The translations under genes and the position numbers were made by a program. Positions 41,636-54,970 of a stretch of 64,000 bases of DNA are shown piece by piece (position 1 is the first letter of the stretch; every line of letters starts with the position of its first letter). The notes below the pieces were generated by a model that saw only the letters and a program-made list of their open reading frames with translations, searched no databases and was not told where the DNA came from. This DNA comes from the human T2T-CHM13v2.0 reference genome, Homo sapiens: NCBI RefSeq assembly GCF_009914755.1, contig NC_060926.1; one strand, written 5' to 3'.

Positions 41636-41922
41636 TTTTTTTTTTTTTTTTTTTTTTTTGAGACAGGGTCTTTCTCTGTTACCCAGGCACAAGTGCAGTG
41701 GCATGATTATAGCTCATTGCCTCAAAATCCTGGGCACAGCCTCCCAGGTAACTAGGACTGGAGGCATGGACCACCACATCAAGCTATTTTTTTTTTTTTA
41801 TTTTTTTAGAGATGGGGTCTTGCTGTGTTGCCCAGGCTTGTCTCAAACCTTTGACTTCAAGTAATCCTTCCGCCGCAGCTTCCAAAAGCACTAAGATAAC
41901 AGGCTGAGCCACCTCACTAGCC
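41636..41922 (-). mobile_element. AluJ
   Basis: Diverged dimer; TSD tcatttctct. Confidence 0.92.
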
Positions 41923-43999
41923 TCATTTCTCTTTTTATTAAACTACTCAAGTTGCTTCTTACAAAAAGACTTTTATATTCTCTATTATTGGGGATTTAAA
42001 AAATATACCCTATCATTTGCCTTACCTCTTATGAATGGGATTCCTGAAGAACATGACAAATAACAAATAAAATGTAAACTCCAGATTCCAGCAATGAAAT
42101 TCTCATTATTTTGTATATAATTCACATTTAACTTCTTATTTTGAAACATATGAATGAGCAAAGTACTATTTCTGGAGGGGACTACATCTGGCCATTCATT
42201 TAGAAACCTGCCTAATGTGTTTGAAGGGAAAATAAAATTGTGTAAATTAGTGGAAAGAAAGGTTATCAACAACATTTTTTTAAGTTTATGTTTTAACTTT
42301 ATGTATCATATGTTCTATTCTAATTTACATACTTTTTGTTTTGAATGACATCAAATGATGTTATATACATCTTCTGGCACTTGTTAGCCTCATGAGTTTT
42401 ATAGACCATGCTGACGTTGTTGATCCCCTTATGTATACAAAGCTTTGGAAATATTTATCAAAAAAGGAAAAAATCTTCACTGAGGAATTAGCATTCCAGT
42501 GACATGAGAATTATGCAATGTTAAGATTAAAATAATTTTCTTTTTTCATGAGTAATGCATGCTTATAGTTATAAAAAGAAAATAAATTAAAACTGCATGG
42601 AAGTATATAAAGTGGGAAGTAAAATGAAAAATATGCTGTCCTCACAAAACATATTTTAAGATGTATTTTCAAAAGAGTGTGTGTGAACAGAATTTATATG
42701 CACTTAATCACCTCTGGACTTAGTTTAGCAATCTACGCAGTTGTCCGGAATGAGATCTAGGTAAGCAGTAAGGGTCTAGGAGGCTTAAATGACAGGAAAA
42801 GATCAGGATTATCTTCTGCAAGATATCCAACAAGCCTATACTTGTGAGATCATGAGGACATTTCAGTTTCCAGGAGACCAATATATCACATTAGCTTTGG
42901 ATTGATATCAGATTCCAGGAAATAATAATATCAATTTGACAAAACAGCTAGTCAATAAAAGGGCAAATATGTAGTTAAGTGAACCCAGAGAATGGTCTGA
43001 CTTTCATCAGTTTCTCAGCAGTGAGCCTGAGCATTAACATTCAATCAGTGTTACATTTACTGTTTCCTCAAAGGCTTTGAACAGGTGATTCCCTATATAT
43101 CCTAGAATCAGCCTTTGACAGAGATGTGACAGTAACTACATTTCCTCAGTCTCCAAACCCTCCTTCTCTCCTGACTCTTGGCCTGTGAACATTCTCCCAT
43201 TGTTTCAGCCATCTAAAGAGGCAAACAAACCTACATACAAGAAATATGCCCTCCCTTCACCTCCAATCCTCCTCCAGATGTTGTACTATTCCTCACCTTT
43301 TCTTAAGAGCCATTGTCTTTCAAAGAGTGATTGTCTTTATTCACTCATTTCCAATTTATTACTCTACCCACTGTAATCTGGTACTTGTTTTCCAAAATCA
43401 TTATTGGTGCTCCTCTCCCAAGTGTCACAGAGGGCCTCCATGTTGGGAAATCCAGCAGGCCTTTCAGTCTTTCTCTTACTGTGTACTTCTGACTAAGCCT
43501 CCATCAAATCACTTTATCTTGAATCTTAGCCATATTTTCTCAGCATTACGTTTCAAGCTCCTCCATAAGTTCCTCTTTTGCCTTTCATACCTTAAACATT
43601 AGTATTCATTTTAGATACACATTTCTTATCTATTATGCCTAATTTTGTGAACAATTGTCTGTTGATTTTCCATTATCTGTCTAAACATTTGACTAATTCC
43701 AGAGCTTCAAAGTCAAACATTTTATCTTTTGTATGACATATTGTCTTGCATCTAACCAAGTCAGAGTGTGCCCTACAGTTATGCCTAAGTGCTCTCTTTT
43801 GACTCTCCCATATCGGTTCCTCATTGGGTATCTCTTATCTCTATTAATTATAATTGAAAATCTGGAGTAATCTCAACTCCTCTGTATCTTTCACCAGAGT
43901 TCAAAATTAATCACCAAGAATCTAATATCTCTTAAATGTTTTCTTAATTTTTATATGCTTCCTAGCCTATTTTAATAATGATGATAAATAAGAACTATT

Positions 44000-44250
44000 T
44001 TAATAATATTAGCTAACATTTATTGAGTACTGACTACAATGCAGGCACTGTGACAAGTGCTTTACATGTATTCATTCATTTGATCTCCCCTACATTCTTA
44101 TGAGGTAGGTGTTATTAGTGATTACATTTTAAAGGTAAGGAAATTAGTCAAAAGATGAATAAGTCACTTTACCAATCTTCTACCCCAAGTAAATTAGAGT
44201 CAAGATTTGAATTCAGGCAAATCTGGTGCCAAGCCTGCCTTTTAATCTCC
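44000..44250 (-). mobile_element. MIR
   Basis: tagctaacatttattgagtactgactac...gcaggcactgtg...tgaggtaggtgttatta. Confidence 0.8.
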
Positions 44251-44818
44251 TTACCTTTCTCCATTTTCACAATCTTACCATTCTTCAATCCTAAATGTAC
44301 ATGTAAATCTTTCTACCCATATTATTTTCAAGCAATATTCATACTATCTGGAAAACACATTAATAGTATATTGTGCATCACTGGCATGCCTCAAGTTCTG
44401 TTTTTAATTTCAAAGGTGTCTTACAAATTCACCACTTCAGCTCTTTGTTTATGATGAAGTAATAACTTACCAACCCAATCCTGCTCCAGTTGAGCAGTCT
44501 TCAGAAGGCATGGGCCAGGGGTACTTTTTGGGAATGGAACTATTAAAGTACCAGAATATCTTTGTGATATCTAGCCCTTAATGTGCCATGGTTAGGTCCT
44601 ATTCCCTGATGAAGAATGCCAGTCTCCACCTGGGAAGTGATCATTCCTAGCAGACATTATGATTTGCAGAAGCTTTAAGGGCTGAAGCCTTCAGTCTATG
44701 GACATATATGACCTCAGATGCCTGATGCACAGAAACAGGGAGACCCTCAGCAGGGAGCAACCTAATTTCCGGTAAATGAAGAATAAGGACACATATCATA
44801 TATATCATATATAACTTC

Positions 44819-44988
44819 CAGGGCAGATCCAGGTGTGTTGTGCCTCATACTTAAACTAATTGGGGATATTCTTTAAGAAGACTAATAAAAACTCTGAATA
44901 TAAAATTAGATACAGGGTACCAAATGGGCTATGCAAGCAATGGGCCCTAATGATTGAGATTCCTTGGCTTTATGGACATCTACCTCTG
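44819..44988. mobile_element. Short hAT MITE (Tip100/MER96B-like)
   Basis: Imperfect terminal repeats cagggcagat / atctacctctg; partial 8-bp TSD ataacttc / tccacttc. Confidence 0.55.
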
Positions 44989-47900
44989 TCCACTTCAATG
45001 AGTACTAGAATCATGTTGACGCAATTTCCCTCATGAGTAAATGTTCCCATATATTCCAAGTACAAATTTTATCCATGAGCCATAAATGAAATATTTGGAT
45101 GTGTAGTAAAAGAAAAGCTTAAAGTCATTTGTAGAGATTAGAAAGTAGAGAAAGAACCTGTAAATAGATGTTAAGATTAGTAAAAATCTTGGAATTCAAA
45201 AGACTGAAGAGAAATTAGTTATTCTGATGACATACCAAAGAACTAATCGCCTGCTTTTCAGTATATTCATTCTCAGCAATTCTAAAGTCATGTTCTACTA
45301 GGTCTTAAGCTCTTAAATTAATTTCCTGACTTTCTGTTCATTTTCACTTCAAATCTTAAAAATACATGTGCACATATGCATACACACATATTTCTGAAGA
45401 AAAGAAAAGTTATTTTAACTTACATATTTATATTATGAACTTGGGATAGAAGCTGTTAAAATCTTGATCTTGTACAAATTTTTTTTATCATGGGTTTATT
45501 ATTTTGCAATGCCAGTAATAAAGCAAGTTGTCATAAAAGTAGTCAACAGTGAATCATCTTATAACAATCAAGGGAGTAGGTGATACTTATTAAATCCTAG
45601 TTTTTAAAGACATTATGCTAAGAAGGCCCATTGTTTATAACATTTAATTAATGAAAGATTGCAGAAGTTTGTAAAGTTTAAATAAGACACTTGTGCTTTA
45701 GTTTCTGGCCCAAATACTTGTCCTAATTCTCCAGACTGTCACCTTTTTGTTTTAGATGAGCGCAAAGAAATAATGGCATTTTATAGACAGACCAAATTAA
45801 ATTATATTAATTTGTTTACTCACATTTTAAGCACATAGTGCACTGGGGCTTAGAAAGATAAAGGAATCATTTTCTCTGGACTCCAAAAGCTTCTAATAGG
45901 TTTTTACCACTTACCAATATATTAACCAATTCTTTCCACCTGCCAGAATATTCTAGTAATAAAATGCACAAATTAGTATTGTCAGTCAATTAACTTAGCT
46001 TTCTTGAATACAGGCTGTTACAGTACTTGTTGATGCAAACAGAAAAATGCAAAAATGAGAGCCTGCTTTCCTTATCATACGAATAATTATTAATAGAAAT
46101 AGTAATGTTTATTTTTCATTGTTATATCATGTATATTGTATTAGACAATAATAATTTTTAAAGTGAATGATCCTCACCACTGTGTTCAAAGCCAGCATCT
46201 ATTATTATTAGAATTCTTATTTGAATAACTCCTTGACTTAGTAATTCAACTAATTACATTGTTTTGTTTTGCAGGTAGATATTTCTTTTGACTGTTGGCT
46301 TGAGGTTGATTTTGTTCCCTAAAATTAGAATCTGTAATTATAGACTAATGTAACATTTGAGATCTAAGACAGCAGTGATCTTGAATTTGTAATAATTTGA
46401 CAATCACAAGTGCAGTAGGTTCTCCTTAGAGAATGAAAGGCAATTCTATTTGAGGCTTCTAGTAACAGATTCCAAAGACAACTTGTTCCTTTCTGCAGGA
46501 TATGGAAAAAGGAGTTAGAGTTCAGATACTAACCCTATTCATTACTCTTGAAATCTTCCTTCTGACATGGAAATTCTCTTTTAGAGCACAGCAATTGACA
46601 TTCAAATGAAGTTTGTTCTTTTCCTCAATGAAAACATTACTTGTTTATCTTATTATGAAAATTCATTTGTTTTACCGTTCATTAATGTTTGAAATGGGGC
46701 ACAGAGTAGGCTTTCCTTTTTCCCAAGACACCACACCACTGTAATTCTCAAAGAGAAATGGTGGAACCACCCCAACATTTCTCCAAAATAGTTTTCATTT
46801 CTTTTATAGTTGCTTGAATTCCAGCTCTATTTGTTATATTAGGAAAAACTTAAAATGCTATGGGTGGGTGCATTTTTCTAGCATTTCAGAAAATGCACCT
46901 TTTAAAAAATATTTTTTTCTCACCATTTATTCTTTACATACCATTGTTCCATTTCTGCCTGCTCTTTTTGCACAATTTACAGGTTGATCCACTCTCCTTA
47001 GGAAAGAAAGCATTGGGTATTTTGTCTACAGATCCTATGTAAGAAGTCTTACTGAAATCAAATAATCTAGATAAAATTTAAATTCCTAAAAGAAAGTTAT
47101 AATATCTTCCACAATTAATAATACAAATTATTAGCCAATGAGGCAGATCTTTGAAATGTTTCCCTACTTTTCCTCATGAGTACTATTTTATTTTCATTGA
47201 AACTATATTCTGATCAGCCAATATCATGAAAGATAAAGAGGCTTTTATAAGAAAACTGAATAGACCTTAACAGAAAATAAAACAAAGTACCTTATATTAT
47301 TTTAATCCCTAAAATTATTGTTGATAAAACACAGAATGAATTTTGACCTGGCCTATTCCTTTTGTTTTTAATCTGTTATTTGTTTCATAAAAGGTGAACT
47401 GTGTAGAACCTTTGCATTTTATGGGTACATTTCCCCTACAGTAGCTCCTAGACACCCTGAAGAGGCAAGGTCAGTGATTGGAGAATTCAGAGACTTGAAT
47501 TCTGGTCAAAGCACAGCCTCTAGCTATTTATAATACTTTTGTCACATTATTTTCCCTGTTTGTGATGCACTTTCCCCATATGTTACCTCCTCAATCAGGG
47601 ACGGGTTGAGGATTTATGCATGAGTTCATGGAGTAAGTTGGATTCGAAAGAGAAGCATCATTGAAGTGGTACCTGTGATTGGTGTCAACAAAAGAGAGAC
47701 AAACTTTTTCTTTTTTAATTCTGCTTTATTTCAAAAGGATTTAAGGACAATATAAGCTATGCTGTTTAAATAAATAATGAAGTAGAATAAATTAAGAAAA
47801 AAATGCCAGCTCTAGTTCAGAGTTCACGTGTAGCAAGACAGGAATACTTGATTTAAACATGTAACTTCTATTTATTAAACCAAAAATTATAGCTCTTGGT

Positions 47901-48151
47901 TAAATTATTTGAAGATAGAATCTGGGATTTCTTTAGCATATAAAACTATAAAAGGGTCCACCTTTAGGTATGTAATCAAGTGGTCTTAAATCTTCAATAT
48001 GATTTTAAAGGAGAAACCTATTATTTTGATATTCAATTTATTTTTCAGCCCTTTTCATAGAATACAGATGTGAAATTATTTAATAATACAATTAAATAAA
48101 CACACACCATGTTTCATACAGCTAAATGTAAGAGATAGCAGTAACATATAA

Positions 48152-48505
<354 letters not shown>

Positions 48506-49933
48506 TAAATTTAGTATTTCACTTTTAATAAATCATTTGGAAATTATCTTATCTCAGGTAAAAGTATTTGTCACCTGGGATTTTCATTCTTCAGTGGTAA
48601 TAGCTGCTCTTAACTAACATTACATTGAAATTAAAGATAGCTATATTTAACATTTTGATATTGATTGCAGTCAGTAAGGCATGATATTTTATATTACATT
48701 TAGCAATTACAACTGAAGCTCAGGGCATTTATGAGGTGTTCATGATGGGAAGGGAGGAGTTGACATATGGAGATTACTTTGACTTCAGTTATTCATTGCA
48801 CTTCAGAAAATGCTTAGTAATAAGGTCATTCTTCAGAATTTTAGGAAAAAAAGAAGTTTACATTATTTATTTATTTATTTGTATAGCGTATGTGTGTAGA
48901 CAGATAGAAATAGAGAAAATTATAAAAGCCCTTTATAAAAGAGTATATACCTTATGATATCATGGCAAAATAATTATGTGGTGATAAAAAGCAAATAAGT
49001 CGTTGATTCATAGGACAGAAAATTTCTTGTGAAGAAATGTAGCTATGATAAATCTTCACATTTTAATAGGAGTTTAGGTTACACAAGTGTAAGCATTTAT
49101 CAAAACTTAGGAAATACACATTTAAGCTATGTGCATTTCATGGTATATAAATTTTACATAAAAATACTGAAACAGAAATCAAACTCTAGTTAATAAAGCA
49201 CACGTCAAAATTTAGGGAGGAGTGTGCCTATACTCTGATAAGCATAAAACATTCGATGGATCAGAATGAATAAAGGGGCTCACAAGAAAAAAACATGCTA
49301 AAATAGCTAGGAAAGCAAAGAAAAAAAGCTACAAGGGAGAATTCGTCTTGCTGGATATTAAAAGATAGTATAAAGTTTTATAATTAAAATAATGCCATAG
49401 AGGAGCATGGATAGACAAAATGAATGAAATAGAAAATATACAGATAAATACAAAAATAAATGGAGGTTTAATATATGATAAAAATGACAAATCACTCTTC
49501 TAACACTAATAACTGATGCTGAAACAACTGGTTTATCATTTGATAAAAGATATAATTTGACACAAATCTCACATCAGAAGAAAAGAATAAGCTGCACATA
49601 AATCAGCATTCTAATGTTTTTGAAAAAATTATCTAAATTCCTCTTAACCTTGGTGGAAGGAAATGCTCTCTGTCTGTGGTGATACTGCACATGCAACAGA
49701 AGAAAATATTGATACATACAACATTTTATGTAGCAAAGCAATAAGTTAAATGAAAAGACAAACGTCAAACTGATAGAAAATATTTCCAGATATGTCGCAG
49801 ATGGAGTGCTAATATCACTATAAAGATCTCTAAAAAATTGATAGGGTTCAAAGCAAGACAAGCAAATAAACAAAAACCCTCCAACACAATAATGAATGAA
49901 AGACTAGAAAGGACATTCACAACACACATGGAG

Positions 49934-49934
<1 letters not shown>

Positions 49935-49973
<39 letters not shown>

Positions 49974-49988
49974 GACAGATAGATAGAT

Positions 49989-50036
<48 letters not shown>
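49935..50036. repeat. Compound (GATA)n tetranucleotide STR
   Basis: (gata)n gatgaca (gata)2 gat (gata)n. Confidence 0.98.
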
Positions 50037-50421
50037 CAGAGACTGAGAGACTGAGAGAAAATTGACGTTTCACACATTCAAAGATGTTTGACTTCATTCT
50101 TAATTTTTAAAAATGCAAGTTAAAACTGTACTGAGATACGTTTATTCACCTAGCAGTTTGCTGAAAACTTTAAAGTATGATAACACGTTCTGCTTGCAAG
50201 TCTATGGGAAAACCAAAACTGTTCACACATTGATGATGTGAAAGTAAACTGCAACAACCCTTGTAGTGAGAGATTTGGCAATACCTAATAAAACTGTATA
50301 TGAATTTACCTTTCATTCAGCAATTTAATTTCTAGGAATTTACCCTCAAGATACAGCTCCAAGTATGTGAAAAAATACATGCACAAGATATATGTTAAAG
50401 GAAATAGTTATCAATAGATGA

Positions 50422-51055
50422 CGTAGGTACAGGAGAAAAACTTCTTCGCCCTCTTGAAGGTTTGCTGAAAATCACAGACAAAGGGAGATTAACAGGAAAG
50501 AAAAGGCATACAGTTTTATTTTATCATAGTTTTACGTGATATGGAAGCCTTCAGGATAAAAGCCCAAAGATACAGGGGAAGTTTGTCCATTTTTATGCTT
50601 AGATTCAACAAAGTATGAACAGCTGTGTAGAATATGACTGGACAGAAAGGGGTACGATATAATGCCAATACACTGAGTGGGGAAACACAACAAAGGCTGT
50701 CTGTCTAGATTTTTACCTCTCTGTGCAACAGTCCTTCCTTATGGGTGTGGGGCAGGACCCTCTCCAGAATGGGGATCTTATGATCTGTAGTTAAACAATG
50801 TAGGTCAAATATTTTCTTGATGGACAATTTTTACACAAAAAGTTAAAGGGTGGGGAGTTAGAGGAATATTTTTAGGTTTTGTGACTGGCTTTGGGGAAAC
50901 GGGGTTCTGTTTATTATGACCCACCTTGGAAAAGAGGGATTCTGGCTAGCCTTGGGGGAGAATGAATGAACAGAGACAGGAGGGCAGGAGAAGGTCAGAG
51001 AAAATCTTTTATTATGAAGCCTTTGTTTTGGTGTATCGTTTTCTGAGCTCCAATA
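50422..51055 (-). mobile_element. MER39/MER34-group ERV1 solo LTR
   Basis: Minus strand begins tattggagctcagaaaacgatacaccaaa; 4-bp TSD atga on both sides. Confidence 0.8.
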
Positions 51056-51979
51056 ATGATGTAACTAGTGAGTGAAATTTTGATAAAAATTGAAAAGTTT
51101 ACAAATTCTCACCTTAAGTGATCAAAGTTAACATTAGTAATGGCACAAATCACATTCTCTGTCAACTTCTATGATGCACTAAATACACAGTATCACTTCT
51201 CTTGCATTCTTGTCAAAAAATGCTTCCCTGAATGTAATGATGTGTAAATACCAGACAAATCTCTCTTCCTCCCAAAATGATGTTCCTATTATTGTCATTT
51301 ATAACAATGATTGTACTTAATGAGAATAAAATACAAAGAGAAAAAACAATGTATTTATTCTTTAAAACTGTGCATGGAGAAATATGCAAGAAGAGAAATT
51401 TATGATGCATATAATCTTTTAATTGACACTTAATTTAGCAGCAATTAAACCTTGCGATTACTATTTAATATTTTTTAAATTTTATTTTAGTAGGTAAAAC
51501 AACATGATTTCTCTGCTTTAATTTTTTAACTTATTTCACACACAAAACTGATATTAATTGTTCTTGTTGATGGATTTAAAATGTTTTTGTAAATATAACA
51601 AGTAGTATTTAAGTTTTTATGCCGCAAGAACAAAGTTGTTCCTTGAAACATTTCTTTAGTGTCAGAAATTCATGATATTCAATTTCAGAGTATTATTAAA
51701 TACCATTTATATTGATTTTATATTTATTGGCATTAGTATATAGTGCTATATAGTTAACAAAGATAGAAATAAATGGAAACAGTATCTATTCTCACAAAGC
51801 CCCCATTTTTGCTGTATGCAGAGAGACGCTCCTCATTGACCCTGCTCAAATAAAGTGCAATTATCTGCATGACTTTCTGCTCCACTTCATCTAAAGATGC
51901 AACTGTTCCTCTGGCAACAGAACATATCATCTCTCGTAGTCAGGGTGATTTAAGGACTTCTAGGCTCAGTACATTCATG

Positions 51980-52596
51980 CAGAGTGATCCAGTGTGTGTA
52001 CTGCACAAAGACACCAGCTGAAGAAATGAGTGGGTGCACTCTGCTGATGATGTGGGGAGGGGCTGTCTCACTGAGAAAAGGGTGACTTTTTCTGGATACA
52101 AAGGCTTCATTTGCTTTTAGGTTTGTGATAGCAGGACTCCACTGGCTACCTGGGGCACATTTTTCTTTTTTTCTTTTTTTTTATTATACTTTAAGTTTTA
52201 GGGTACATGTGCATAACGTGCAGGTTAGTTACATATGTATACATGTGCCATGTTGGTGTGCTGCACCCAGTAACTCGTTATTTAACATTAGGTATATCTC
52301 CTAATGCTATCCCTCCCCCCTCCCCCCACCCCACAACAGGCCCCAGAGTGTGATGTTCCCCTTCCTGTGTCCATGTGTTCTCATTGTTTAATTCCCACCT
52401 ATGAGTGAGAACATGCGGTGTTTGGTTTTTTGTCCTTGCGATAGTTTGCTGAGAATGATGGTTTCCAGTTTCATCCATGTCCCTACGAAGGACATGAACT
52501 CATCCTTTTTTGTGGCTGCATACTATTCCAGGGTGTTTATGTGTACCTGGGGCACATTTTTCTAATCACACAAAAATAGGCTGGTTGTGGCCTTCA
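51980..52596. mobile_element. MER91-like hAT element interrupted by L1PA
   Basis: tgtactgcacaaagacacc ... ggggcacatttttctaatcacacaaa. Confidence 0.55.
52167..52543 (-). mobile_element. 5'-truncated young L1PA (L1PA3-5-like)
   Basis: ttattatactttaagttttagggtacatgtgc...; exact 20-bp TSD tacctggggcacatttttct at 52147-52166 and 52544-52563. Confidence 0.97.
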
Positions 52597-52607
52597 TTCT
52601 AGCTTAA

Positions 52608-53124
52608 CCCATTTCCCGTTTGCACCTGCAGTACTCACCAGTGGCGCTTGTGGCTGTAGCGTTTACCCTGAGATAACTTTGCCACGAAATATCTCACTTT
52701 TATTATTATATTTGCATGGCTCTAGTATATTGACTTTGGAAACAATAGACATCATTCTATTTATTGAATTCTGTTTTTAGTAGTGGTATTTCCATTTACA
52801 AAATATGGTAATTCTCAATCACTGTAAATGTCAAATCCTAGAAAACATAGCAGTCCTACGTGTGATGTTAACATTGTTCTCAAACAGTTTGCTGGCTGAA
52901 GATTCATTTGATGAATCCAATTTTTCTGAAATAGATGATTCTTATGATTCAGATGATTCTGATGTTAGTTCTGTTTAGAAATAACTCCAAGAACAGTTTT
53001 TATATTTCATTTTCCCATTAAAAATCAGTCAGATTTGCCTCAGCCTCAAAGAGCGTGTTTATGTAAAATTAAATGAGCGCTGGCAGAGATCTACACTTTT
53101 TTTTTCCCCCTAAATGGGAAAGGG
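52608..53124. mobile_element. MER75 non-autonomous piggyBac element, full length
   Basis: TTAA|cccatttcccgttt ... taaatgggaaaggg|TTAA; 517 bp. Confidence 0.92.
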
Positions 53125-53358
53125 TTAATAAGCCCATTTTTACATCTTAATTGACCCTATCTCTTTAGGTTACTGCTTTGGTCCTGAGCTCTAGTTCCCA
53201 CGTTGCACTGTGATCCATGAACTGATTCTGTGTCCTGCACTTTTGTATGAATATCTTGCTGCAGCAAAATCAGAAGCCCTGTTTCTCCATGAGGGAATTA
53301 TTTTCTCTGGGACTGTGATCTATTTCTGAAATCGTCCCCTGGATGTGGTCCCTGCTAT

Positions 53359-53802
53359 TGTTACTGAAACACTAGAGGTTTGCTGTAGGACCTGCTGCTC
53401 ACCTTGCAGAAAGCCAATGACTGAGAAGATTAATATTGCCAAGGAAGAAGGCTTTAATTGGGTGTTGCCACCAAGGAGCTCAGTCTCAAATCTATTTCCC
53501 TAACTGACTAAAACTAGGGGTTTTTATAGAAGGGAAGAAATATAACAATGTATGAGAAAACAGGAACTAGGGAGGAGTAAGGAAGCAAGCATGATGAATG
53601 AGGGGTCTGGAATCTCATTTTCAGGATGTGGTGATCTGGTGAGTTTCAGTTCTTTGATGCTTTTTTTTGAGAGGCTTGAAGGTCCTTTCCTGAGGAAGGA
53701 ATTTAGATAAAACAAATATAAGTTTCAAGCTTTAAGATCAGAAAGGTCAATTTCTATGTTTATCAAATGGAACAGTTGATGGGACTATTTGGGTCAGTTT
53801 CA
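53359..53802 (-). mobile_element. ERV1 MER4-group solo LTR
   Basis: tgttactgaaacac...gggactatttgggtcagtttca; near-TSD ctat/ctac. Confidence 0.85.
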
Positions 53803-54419
53803 CTACCTGCTACCAAACTCTACAAATACCATCAATTTATCTGTTAGTATCTCTTCATTGTGCTTGTTGCTGTATACCCGGGGCAAGCCTCTTGTCCTTT
53901 GCCAACACTGGGCTGTTCTTAATGTAGTGTTTTTCTTGGCACTTCAGTTCTGTTGCATTCTTGACCAAAAAAAAGAAAAAAAAATGCTTCTCTGAATGTA
54001 ATGATGTGTAAACACCGGACACATCTCTCTTCCTTCCAGTCATAGCTTATCCTAATTTACTCTGGATACAGAGCTTCAATTGACAATTTGACTTTCGTTA
54101 TCAATAACTACATCTTTCTTCAAGATTGTATGGCCCATAGCCAACGTATGTTTAGTATATACTAATTCTCAAAACTTTTGCTGAGTATGTAATTTTATAT
54201 ATATATATAATTTTAAAAATTCTATGGGTGAAAAGTCTCATTAGAAGAATCCTAAGAGGAAATGGATCTTTTCAGAGAATCTTTCATATTTTGCACTGAA
54301 AACAGTAGTTACACTACCATCAGGAATTTTCCACACACTTCAGAATGACTTCAACCTCTCAGTGAGTTTAATTGCCCAATATCCTATTTATATAAGAAGG
54401 AAAGGCGAATAAATATATA

Positions 54420-54970
54420 AAATTTACTGGGAGATGAGGAGAGGGAATAGTTGAATGCCAATGGAGAAAATTAGGATTTCTGAGAGGAAGTGTGACTTGA
54501 GGCCTATCTTGGGTAATATACGTGAGTTCTGCATGAAAGAAAGCATTCCAGATAGAAGGCATTCTACAGCTAGAAAGAGTTAAAAGCATGAGAGGGCTTT
54601 GTTCCCTGAAGAAACATTGATATGTTCAACATTGCTGAAGAGTTGAAAGGCAACAGTGAAAGGAAAAGATAACATGAGGTGAAGCTGATCCAGATCCTGT
54701 GAAGCCTTTAGACTTTATCATTAGGAAGGAAGAGTCATCAAAAACATTTGAATAAAGGAGTGGATGTTTTAGATTTGCGTTTTTGTCTGCCATGAGGAGA
54801 ATATATTTTGAGGATCAAGAATACTCCACAGATGCACTATACTGATTCCATGCAATAATTTAAGGGCTTGTTGATTCATGATGTCAGCATCACCATTGTA
54901 ATGTCAACATCAAAGTTTCTGGCTTTGAACTTGGGTGGATGGTGGTTTCATTGTCTCAGAGAGGTAAAAA
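54420..54970. mobile_element. L2 fragment
   Basis: ggatttctgagaggaagtgtgacttgag...agcattccagatagaagg. Confidence 0.5.

Larger units (their letters stand above)
48960..51275 (+). mobile_element. Ancient L1M fragments interrupted by a GATA STR and a MER39 LTR
   Basis: ORF2-like gctgaaacaactgg...aaatgcaagttaaaact...cagcaatttaatttctaggaatttaccc. Confidence 0.7.
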
